Source of the DNA: Candidatus Kapaibacterium sp.
Lineage (GTDB): Bacteria > Bacteroidota > Ignavibacteria > Kapaibacteriales > UBA2268
Length of the DNA: 64,000 nt
Assembly: GCA_963665665.1 (NCBI GenBank)
Contig: OY762428.1
Span: 4,672,001 to 4,736,000, forward strand
Direction of reading: 5' to 3'
Part shown: one piece after another, positions 40,884 to 49,111 of the stretch
How positions within the stretch are numbered: the first letter of the stretch is position 1
Layout of the letters: each line of letters begins with the position of its first letter
The notes under the pieces: generated by a model
Databases searched by the model: none
The model's input: only the letters and a program-made list of their open reading frames with translations
What the model was told of the DNA's origin: nothing
Program-made: the position numbers and the translations under genes

Positions 40884-42212
40884 TCAATTACCATTATCAT
40901 TTTCATTATAAACAGGTAAAAATACTTTAAAAGTAATCCCCCGGTTCTCGTTATTGATTAGTTCAATCTTGCCTTCGAGCTTCTTAATTAATTTATCAAT
41001 ATGATACAGGCCTTGGCCTGGTTGCTTATACCCGGGATTTAAAATGCCGATATCAATATCAGAAGCGAACCTGTTATTATCTGAAATTGTTATGGCCATA
41101 AAATTATTATCCTTCATCAGGAAACTTACTGAAACAGCTTCTGCTTCCTGAAGCCGGTCCGCAAGGAAAGTAAACAGGTCCAGTATTATCTGAAAAAGTT
41201 CCGCCGGATTACATTTTGCGGCTTCGGCGATAACAGTACTGGAATAATTCAATCTTATTCCCAAACGTCTTGACAGAATATCAAGAATAGTTTCCATACG
41301 ATTAATGAACATCTCAAGATTGGTTGTGTTTTTATACTTAATGCTCATGTTTATCAGGTCGGAATAAAGCTTGTTTATCCTTATAAGCCTGTCGGTTTCT
41401 TCAGTGATTATCCTTTTTCTTCTATCCTGATTCTCAAGTCCGGCATTAAGCATATCTTCATGAGCTTTTATCGATCTGCTGTAAAGGCCGGATTGCCTGA
41501 AAAAAATTTCGAACATTTTCCCGAGGCCTGCATTACGGGAATAATTAATGATCTCGCGATCGATATTTTCGGCTTTGGAAGAACAATTTTTAAATTCCGA
41601 TTCATAATCGAGCAAACCAATTCCGGATGCTGCTGCTGTTAATAATATCTTTATTTCCGTATTATTTTGGAAATTGTTTATGCCAGGATCAGTACCTGAT
41701 GATGCGCAAAATATTAGCCTGGTATCCGGTATCAACCGAATCGGAATTAGCAGGCAGAATGCAACATGAGAAACATTGTCTTTATTGAAATTAGGTACAA
41801 CTGTAGCTTTTCTTGAATCAAATATCCAATCAAGAATTCCTTGTTCCCGGAAACCATACAATAATGGTTTCAAAGACTGTGAACTTAAACTATTATCAAC
41901 AAGTTCAATTTCGGAATTACTATTGATCCTGAAAAAACTACAATCAATCATATCATAATTCTTATTGAAATAGTCATTAATTAAACCGATAATATCATTA
42001 GTGCCACACTTCGTGCTGATTTCTTCCAACAAACTGAAGAAACCGGCCTGATCATTTTCTCTTTCAGGGCCAGGTGCATCCAGTAATTTTTCCTTTAACC
42101 TGCTGACTTCTTTTTTTAAAACATTTACAGACATTTCCAATGCCCTGATATATTCAGAGTTGTTTTCGCTGTGATCGTTATTATTTATATTATTTTCTAT
42201 TCCAGAAGCCAT
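40884..42212 (-). CDS. GAF plus degenerate histidine-kinase-like protein
   Basis: Coiled coil, GAF-like GILDWIF...LLIPI, C-terminal ITISDN...GQGLY..DKLIKKLEGKIEL...GITFKVFLP; H- and N-box residues absent. Confidence 0.7.
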   Translation of the reverse strand: MASGIENNINNNDHSENNSEYIRALEMSVNVLKKEVSRLKEKLLDAPGPERENDQAGFFSLLEEISTKCGTNDIIGLINDYFNKNYDMIDCSFFRINSNSEIELVDNSLSSQSLKPLLYGFREQGILDWIFDSRKATVVPNFNKDNVSHVAFCLLIPIRLIPDTRLIFCASSGTDPGINNFQNNTEIKILLTAAASGIGLLDYESEFKNCSSKAENIDREIINYSRNAGLGKMFEIFFRQSGLYSRSIKAHEDMLNAGLENQDRRKRIITEETDRLIRINKLYSDLINMSIKYKNTTNLEMFINRMETILDILSRRLGIRLNYSSTVIAEAAKCNPAELFQIILDLFTFLADRLQEAEAVSVSFLMKDNNFMAITISDNNRFASDIDIGILNPGYKQPGQGLYHIDKLIKKLEGKIELINNENRGITFKVFLPVYNENDNGN

Positions 42213-42571
42213 TGGAAATTTTATCTTAATTAATATCAAAACGCTGCACCTGCACTTTGCAAAAGCTATTGTAAATATACAAAAAAATGATACGAATATT
42301 TACTATAATTTTAAAAAGTTTATCCTTATTGGCAAGCAGGCCTGATAAATTTGTTATTAAACAAAAGTTCAGCAGCTGTATGTAAAAAATGATATAAATT
42401 TTACCTTGCATTTCAAAAGAATCAGGAAGGCAAATTAGGCTCAGCAAGGTGCGAAATCATTTCCCGCAGTTTATTAGATGGATAATACATTAGATTTCTA
42501 TGATTAGCATATTTTAAAAATTTGTTTTTTTGTTTGATTTTTAATAATTTTAAAATAAACTATTTTTCGTT

Positions 42572-43027
42572 TTGATGGGAGGAGTTATGCCGGTCAAATT
42601 AAAAGTTATTCTTTTATCAATTTTTTTTGTATCGTTTTTATCATGCCATGAGGGTAAGAACAATCCTGTTCGTGGAACCCAGGTTGTAAGCCAAAAATTT
42701 TCTGCTAAAGTCAACGGCCAATACTGGAGTGCTACCGACAAACATGCTTTGCTTTTGAAAGATGGAACGGTAAATATTGTAGGAACTATGGATTTAATTT
42801 CTCTTGAAATAAAAATATCTGATGCCGAAGTTGGGAAGTTTGCAAATGTTTATTCTTCGATTCTGTTCATAAATCCTAAATACTTGTACGATTCAGAATT
42901 ATATGAAACTTATAGCGGGTATTGCAATATTACAAAATTGACCGACGACAGGGTTGAAGGAGATTTTAACTATTCATGCAGAGGTAATAATGTTTCGGAT
43001 GGAAAATTTGTGTTAGATTTGGAATAA
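42572..43027 (+). CDS. Lipoprotein, DUF6252-like
   Basis: FLSC lipobox, FSAKVNGQYW, ITKL...VEGDF.Y, DGKF. Confidence 0.7.
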   Translation: MMGGVMPVKLKVILLSIFFVSFLSCHEGKNNPVRGTQVVSQKFSAKVNGQYWSATDKHALLLKDGTVNIVGTMDLISLEIKISDAEVGKFANVYSSILFINPKYLYDSELYETYSGYCNITKLTDDRVEGDFNYSCRGNNVSDGKFVLDLE

Positions 43028-43074
43028 AGTAACGAGTACTTTTGAGTACTGTTTTTTAAATTTTTTAGGAGTTT

Positions 43075-43548
43075 ATGTTAATGCTTAGGAATTTGTTTCT
43101 TTTGATGATTTCGCTTACGGTAATGTTTTTCGTTTCATGCTCGGACGATGATGACAATGGTACAAACAATAATGATTTTCTGAATGGTACATTTAATGCC
43201 AAGATAAATGGCGATGATTTTTCGCCTACAACAGTTCTTGCATCCAAAGATCCGGACGGAACTGTTTCAATTAATGCATCAACATTAGACGGCGCTCTTG
43301 TAAACCTGGTAATGAGAGATGCAGCAGTTGGTGATTTCAATAATGGAATTGCAAACATTACAGTTCAGGATCCGGACAATTCTGAATCAGCAATAACTTA
43401 TTACGCAGAGTCAATGACTTATAAGATTACGAAATTAACAGATACAGAAGTTGCAGGTACTTTTAGTTTTACAGCAGCAGAAATTACAGGCAGCGGGGAA
43501 ACAATTGAAGTAAGCAATGGCAATTTTGATCTTAAATTCAATATGTAA
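43075..43548 (+). CDS. Lipoprotein, DUF6252-like (tandem paralog)
   Basis: FVSCSDDDD lipobox, FNAKING, ITKL...VAGTFSF...VSNGNF. Confidence 0.75.
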   Translation: MLMLRNLFLLMISLTVMFFVSCSDDDDNGTNNNDFLNGTFNAKINGDDFSPTTVLASKDPDGTVSINASTLDGALVNLVMRDAAVGDFNNGIANITVQDPDNSESAITYYAESMTYKITKLTDTEVAGTFSFTAAEITGSGETIEVSNGNFDLKFNM

Positions 43549-43569
43549 ATATTTTTTATATGAGAATAG

Positions 43570-43595
43570 AAGCGGCTCTTTTGGGTCGCTTTTTT
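43570..43595 (+). terminator. Intrinsic terminator
   Basis: AAGCGGCTC-loop-GGGTCGCTT followed by Ts. Confidence 0.65.
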
Positions 43596-44026
43596 ATTTA
43601 TAATAAATAGTATATCCTATGTGTTTTTGTGTTATAAAATGATCACTCTTGAGGAATAAAATTTCAAATCATCTACCTGATTATTTTAAGAGCTTTCAAT
43701 TGTAATTCTTTCTATTTATGTATTTTGATGCTGCTATTAACTCCATACATATTGCTTCTCTTCCTGCTTCTCTCCATACTTTTTGGCGGGAAAAAATACT
43801 ATATTGGTTTCATTTCTCCTGTAGCTTGCGTATATTAGAGGAAAGGGAATAACTTACGGGGAGCTTGATGGACGGCAGAAACAAAAATTTCCCTCGAGTG
43901 GTGGCCGAAGGGCGGGGTGGATCGGGGCAGGCAGGGGTGAAAAAGAACGGGAAACAAAATCAGATTTGAAGAGACGAGAGCTATTTTTATGGAATGATTA
44001 CAGTTTTCTAAAGGATTCGAAATTAG

Positions 44027-45163
44027 ATGGATTTAGAATACAAAAACGATGATACACTATTGCAGGAAATCCTGCAAATTGTCAAATCTGCAAGAGCATA
44101 TTCGTTAAAAGCAGTAAACCATGCTATGGTTCAGGCATACTGGAATATTGGCAAACTGATATTTGAAAATGAGCAGAAAAGCCAAAAGCGTTCTGAATAC
44201 GGGAAGCACCTGATAGAAAATCTTTCACTCCGTCTGACTGAAGAACTTGGAAAAGGATTCACTTCTGCCAATTTGAAATATATGAGGCAATTTTATATGA
44301 CTTTTCCTATTAGCCACGCAACGGGTGGCCAATTGCCCGGTCTGGAAATAAGTCACGCACTGAGTGACCAATTGCAAAATTCTGCTAATCAGATTGAAAA
44401 CACAGCTTTTATGATAAATCCAATTCTCCGCCCTGAAATTTCCTGGACTCATTACAGACTGTTGCTGAAATTGGACAAAAAGGAAGCACGAGATTTTTAT
44501 ATTGATGAGATAATAGAGAATAACTGGTCAACCAGGCAGCTCGAACGACAGATAAATACGCATTATTTTGAGAGAATTATTTCAAGCCGGGACTCAAGGC
44601 CTGTAAGGGACGAAGCAAATTCCAATCAGCCGGCAAACACAGCAAAAGACTTTGTCAAAGACCCGTATATTCTCGAATTTTTAGATATGAATTCAGGTGT
44701 CAATTTCCTTGAAAAAGATCTGGAAACAGCCCTGATAAATAAGATAAGGGAGTTTTTGCTGGAACTTGGAAAAGGGTTTGCTTTTGTTGACAGGCATAAA
44801 AGAATAAAAGTAGAAGACGATCATTTTTATATCGACCTTGTTTTTTATAATTATATTCTGAAATGCTTTATTTTGATCGATCTGAAAGTTGGCAAATTGA
44901 CACATCAGGATATTGGGCAAATGGATATGTATGTCAGGTTGTATGAAGACTTTGAAAAACTGCCCGGTGACAATCCGACAATAGGGATTATTCTCTGTAG
45001 TGAAAAAAATATGACTGTTGCCAAATATTCTGTTCTGAGCGAAAACGAAAATTTGTTTGCATCAAAATATTTACTGCATTTACCCAGCATAGAGGAACTA
45101 ACCCGGGAGTTGAAAAATGAAAGAGAAAAATTAGAGATTGAGGAATCATTGGGAAACAGGTAA
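44027..45163 (+). CDS. YhcG/DUF1016 PD-(D/E)XK nuclease-domain protein
   Basis: [67 protein letters not shown]. Confidence 0.93.
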   Translation: MDLEYKNDDTLLQEILQIVKSARAYSLKAVNHAMVQAYWNIGKLIFENEQKSQKRSEYGKHLIENLSLRLTEELGKGFTSANLKYMRQFYMTFPISHATGGQLPGLEISHALSDQLQNSANQIENTAFMINPILRPEISWTHYRLLLKLDKKEARDFYIDEIIENNWSTRQLERQINTHYFERIISSRDSRPVRDEANSNQPANTAKDFVKDPYILEFLDMNSGVNFLEKDLETALINKIREFLLELGKGFAFVDRHKRIKVEDDHFYIDLVFYNYILKCFILIDLKVGKLTHQDIGQMDMYVRLYEDFEKLPGDNPTIGIILCSEKNMTVAKYSVLSENENLFASKYLLHLPSIEELTRELKNEREKLEIEESLGNR

Positions 45164-45180
45164 TAAGCGGCTGGAATTTT

Positions 45181-45300
45181 CCCGGTATGCTGCAGTCCGG
45201 CGGGCATTGGAATTCAAGCGTCTACCGCTACGGCTTTAACGGGCAGGAAATGGATAATGAAATGAAGGGAGAAGGGAACAGCTACGATTTCGGGGCAATG
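45181..45300 (+). pseudogene. RHS repeat-associated core fragment
   Basis: Manual translation [40 protein letters not shown] matches the Bacteroidota RHS core pattern (PFGM...[22 protein letters not shown]); not part of a full gene. Confidence 0.8.
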
Positions 45301-45544
45301 AAGTTGATGCTATTAATTTTGAAAATGAAGTAAGAACAAAGTTGAATGATGAATTATGATATTTTTATAATACAGAGGAGAATGTGTGTTTTTTCATTCC
45401 ACCATATTTATTAAATTATATTATTCCGAATTATTCATATTGGACTGGTAGTCAGTTTTCAGTTAATAAGGGAAAAGACAATATTTCAGATAAAACCCGT
45501 GTATCAAATGAAACGCATATACCGATTGAAAAGGAGGATTCAGA

Positions 45545-46102
45545 ATGAAAAATATTAAAATGGCAATTTTATTTGTATTTATTACATACATATCTTTATC
45601 CTCAAAGATTTATGAAAGTTATGAAAAATATCTTTGCAGTGACGATTATATACATTACAAAATTACCCGTGAAGGGAAATGTTATCATGGAGTAGCATAT
45701 TTAAGTAAGATTAATTATTTTCTTGAAGAAAATGGAATAGATTTTAAACAAGCAGATTTATCCAATATTGATAGTATTCTAACTGCAATTGATGGAAAAG
45801 AAAAAATTAAATTTCTTGGGTTTAAACTATGCAATAAAGAATTAGAAATGAGACTCATTAAAGAATTTCATTCATCAAAGTGGAAATTCTTTAATAAATA
45901 TTTGGTTAAGAAGGCTAATGCAATGTGGTGGTTTAAGGATGAAGTTATTGGAGAATTATTATACTATATAACAGATATTTTAATTAAAAATAATTACTAT
46001 GTAACGAGGGATTGCCTTGGATTATATGGAGCATCTGTCACCAGATTTACAGCAAGAAAAGAAAAAAAAGATATTTTACGTGAGTTGAATGATAAAAGGT
46101 AA
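45545..46102 (+). CDS. Hypothetical exported protein, putative immunity protein
   Basis: Signal peptide, low GC, ATGA overlap with an upstream start-less frame, follows RHS relic; paralog of 46272-46787. Confidence 0.65.
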   Translation: MKNIKMAILFVFITYISLSSKIYESYEKYLCSDDYIHYKITREGKCYHGVAYLSKINYFLEENGIDFKQADLSNIDSILTAIDGKEKIKFLGFKLCNKELEMRLIKEFHSSKWKFFNKYLVKKANAMWWFKDEVIGELLYYITDILIKNNYYVTRDCLGLYGASVTRFTARKEKKDILRELNDKR

Positions 46103-46275
46103 TGAACAAGGTAATAGAAAAAAGAAAAGTACTGATGAATCCACTAAAAGGTGTTAATGTTTTAAATATTCCGTCTGGCACAAAAACAGGTAATAAACCG
46201 GATGATTTAGTTCCTGCTGATGAAACAAGTAGAACAGTACCAGCACCAAATAATGAAATGGAGGAACCAAATTGA
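46102..46275 (+). pseudogene. Short ORF, possible orphan toxin C-terminal tip
   Basis: 57-codon frame MNKVIEK...DETSRTVPAPNNEMEEPN overlapping both neighbouring genes. Confidence 0.35.
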
Positions 46276-46787
46276 AAATACTATTAAAAATACTAGCCTT
46301 ATTTTTTTTATTTATAGCTATTGAAGCTCAGGAATATGATGATAATTCGAGAAATTATAATCGCCATAGAATTTTCTATTTTGAAAAATTTGTTGATGGA
46401 CTATGTTATCATGGATTAATTGATTATGAAAGCCTTGTTATAATTTCAAATTCGATTGATACTAATATTTCAGGGGCAGATATAATTAAATCAATTGAAA
46501 ATGACGACCATATATTATCCAACACTATGGCCAATATCGATATTTTTAAATATCCCGACTTTCTTGCCTATAGAGTCTGTGATCCGTTAGTTGAAGATAA
46601 AATGGATTCGTTATTTTCAAGTTCAAAGAAAGAATTTTTCAATGAATATTTTACAACTTATAGAAATAATAAATATCTTGTTTCAAAAGGTCGAGATGAA
46701 TATTGTTACCTGATAAAAATACTAACCGAGAATAATTATATGGTTTTTATGAGTTCCGATAACGGATCTTATATTGAAAAGAGATGA
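46272..46787 (+). CDS. Hypothetical exported protein, putative immunity protein (paralog)
   Basis: Signal peptide; shares G.CYHG, FL...C, SSK..FFN.Y, IL..NNY.V with 45545-46102. Confidence 0.65.
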   Translation: MKILLKILALFFLFIAIEAQEYDDNSRNYNRHRIFYFEKFVDGLCYHGLIDYESLVIISNSIDTNISGADIIKSIENDDHILSNTMANIDIFKYPDFLAYRVCDPLVEDKMDSLFSSSKKEFFNEYFTTYRNNKYLVSKGRDEYCYLIKILTENNYMVFMSSDNGSYIEKR

Positions 46788-47003
46788 TATTGACCACTAA
46801 ATCTACACATTACATCCCCCCGCCAACCTTCCTTTTCCATATATCCTGAAAATTTCTTATCTTTAATGTTCTGATTACAGGCATTCGGGTATATTGCCCG
46901 GCAACATTTTTGGGTTTAATTCGTAATTATAGTGCCTGTAAAATTACGGGCATTTGTCGTTATTATATTGTCAATTTTTACCGAATATTTATTGGAGCTG
47001 AAA

Positions 47004-47990
47004 ATGGCAGATATTAAAGAGATCAACGAAAGAATTCAAAAGGAAAGCGCGTTTGTTGATATGCTGACAATGGAAATGAGCAAGGTCATTGTCGGGCAGA
47101 AATATATGGTGGACAGGCTGCTCATTGCGCTGCTGTCAAATGGCCACATCCTGCTTGAAGGTGTTCCGGGCCTTGCCAAGACCCTTGCTATAAGTACTTT
47201 GTCTGATGCAATCGATGCAAAATTCAGCAGGGTACAGTTCACACCGGACCTGTTGCCTGCCGACCTTACCGGCACGATGATATACAACCAGAGCAAACAG
47301 GAATTTTACGTCCGCAAGGGCCCGCTTTTTGCAAACCTTGTTCTGGCCGACGAAATCAACCGCGCCCCCGCCAAAGTACAGAGCGCCCTGCTAGAAGCCA
47401 TGCAGGAACGCCAGGTAACTATCGGCGACAGCACTTTCAAAATGGATGAGCCCTTCCTTGTAATGGCTACGCAGAATCCTATTGAGCAGGAAGGAACATA
47501 TCCCCTTCCCGAAGCGCAGGTGGACCGCTTCATGATGAAAGTTGTTATCACTTATCCCAACAAGGAAGAAGAAACAAGTATTCTCAGGAACAATATTTCA
47601 AGGGAATTCCCAAAAGCGGAAAAAATTCTAAAACCTGCGGATATCATTAGCGCACGCGATGTTGTAAAGGATGTTTACATGGACGAGAAAATTGAGAAAT
47701 ACATTCTTGATATCATATTTGCAACACGCCAGCCGGAAGAATACAAACTCGATAAACTAAGCCAGCTAATTTCCTTCGGGGCATCGCCCAGGGGTACTAT
47801 TAATATGGCTCTGGCAGCTAAAGCCTATGCATTTATCAAGCGCAGGGGCTATGTAATTCCCGAGGATATCAGGGCTGTTGTTCCGGATGTATTGCGCCAT
47901 CGTATCGGCGTTACTTATGAAGCCGAAGCTGAGAATATCACAAGCGAAGATATTATTAACGAGATAGTTAATTCTATTGAAGTTCCGTAA
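47004..47990 (+). CDS. moxR: MoxR-family AAA+ ATPase
   Basis: EGVPGLAKT, RVQFTPDLLPAD, LADEINRAPAKVQSALLEAMQE, ATQNPIEQEGTYPLPEAQVDRF. Confidence 0.95.
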   Translation: MADIKEINERIQKESAFVDMLTMEMSKVIVGQKYMVDRLLIALLSNGHILLEGVPGLAKTLAISTLSDAIDAKFSRVQFTPDLLPADLTGTMIYNQSKQEFYVRKGPLFANLVLADEINRAPAKVQSALLEAMQERQVTIGDSTFKMDEPFLVMATQNPIEQEGTYPLPEAQVDRFMMKVVITYPNKEEETSILRNNISREFPKAEKILKPADIISARDVVKDVYMDEKIEKYILDIIFATRQPEEYKLDKLSQLISFGASPRGTINMALAAKAYAFIKRRGYVIPEDIRAVVPDVLRHRIGVTYEAEAENITSEDIINEIVNSIEVP

Positions 47991-48067
47991 TCCGGGCATT
48001 TAACAGTTGTTTTGTAAAATGACAAAATATGTGAAGCTGAATATGCAGTTAGAAACGATAAATATTG

Positions 48068-48142
48068 TGACCCCTCCCAACCCTCCCCTAAGGGGAGGGC
48101 AAGAAATTTCAAGCTCCTCCTTAGGAGGGGTTGGTGAGGTCA
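48068..48142. repeat. 75-bp palindromic REP/MITE-like element, copy 2
   Basis: TGACCCCTCCCAACCCTCCCCTAAGGGGAGGG...CTCCTCCTTAGGAGGGGTTGGTGAGGTCA; inverted copy of 26171-26245. Confidence 0.8.
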
Positions 48143-48213
48143 GTTTTTCGGAAAGCATATTCGTTTCCTTCATGATTATTCATTTGCAGTTGTAAAATGA
48201 CCAGGAAATTGAA

Positions 48214-49089
48214 ATGGATACTTTAGAATTAATAAAAAAAGTCAGAAAGATAGAGATTAAAACCCGCGGGCTGTCGAACCAGATATTTTCAGGCGAGTAC
48301 CACAGCGCGTTCAAGGGTCGCGGTATGGCTTTCAGCGAGGTACGGGAGTACCAGCCGGGCGACGATATCCGGACGATTGACTGGAACGTTACAGCCAGGC
48401 TGAACCATCCTTATATAAAAGTATTCCAGGAGGAAAGGGAACTGACCGTGATGCTGCTCGTGGACGTGAGCGCATCGGGGAGTTTCGGTACTTCCGGAAT
48501 GTTCAAGAAAGAACTTATCACTGAGCTTTGCGCTGTTATTGCTTTTTCAGCTATTCAGAATAATGATAATATCGGGGTGATATTTTTCAGCGATAAGATA
48601 GAGAAATTCATCCCCCCGAAAAAAGGGAAATCACATATTCTGAGGATTATCAGGGAGCTGATAGAGTTCAAACCGGAGAACAAGGGTACGAATATAGAGG
48701 AAGCTCTCAGGTATTTCAATAATGTTATCAAAAAGCGCAGTATTGCTTTTATTTTGTCTGATTTTATTAGCCCGGATTTTGAAAATGCCCTGAAAATTGT
48801 TGGCCGGAAGCATGACACTATTGCCATGCATATTTACGACCACAGGGAATCGGAAATCCCTAAACTCGGAATGATAAAAATGAAGGACCCTGAAACCGGA
48901 AAGGAATTCTGGGCTGACACCAGCAGCAGAAAACTCAGGGAAAACTATAGAAATCACTGGCAAAACAGGATAGATGAACTTGAAGAAATTCTTATGAAAA
49001 ACAAAGTGGATAAGGTAAGGATCAGGACAGATGAATCCTATATTGCACCGCTGAAGGCATTCTTCAAGATGAGAGGTAAAAGAAAATAA
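48214..49089 (+). CDS. DUF58 domain (vWA-like) protein
   Basis: GEYHSAFKGRGMAFSEVREYQPGDDIRTIDWNVTAR, DVSAS, ILSDF. Confidence 0.94.
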   Translation: MDTLELIKKVRKIEIKTRGLSNQIFSGEYHSAFKGRGMAFSEVREYQPGDDIRTIDWNVTARLNHPYIKVFQEERELTVMLLVDVSASGSFGTSGMFKKELITELCAVIAFSAIQNNDNIGVIFFSDKIEKFIPPKKGKSHILRIIRELIEFKPENKGTNIEEALRYFNNVIKKRSIAFILSDFISPDFENALKIVGRKHDTIAMHIYDHRESEIPKLGMIKMKDPETGKEFWADTSSRKLRENYRNHWQNRIDELEEILMKNKVDKVRIRTDESYIAPLKAFFKMRGKRK

Positions 49090-49111
49090 TTTATTATCAG
49101 GGGCCGAAATA

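Noticed and set aside
42410-42480. c-di-GMP-type riboswitch (GGCAAA motif)
   Set aside because: Could not build the required paired stems or second conserved motif by eye; an Rfam scan would settle it
43630-43815. Minus-strand gene remnant
   Set aside because: An RBS-like AGGAGA-ATG is followed by a stop after four codons, and no family is recognisable
33957-46787. Prophage or integrative element driven by the tyrosine recombinase
   Set aside because: The recombinase lacks catalytic residues; no phage or conjugation genes, tRNA or att repeat were seen; housekeeping tsaE lies inside
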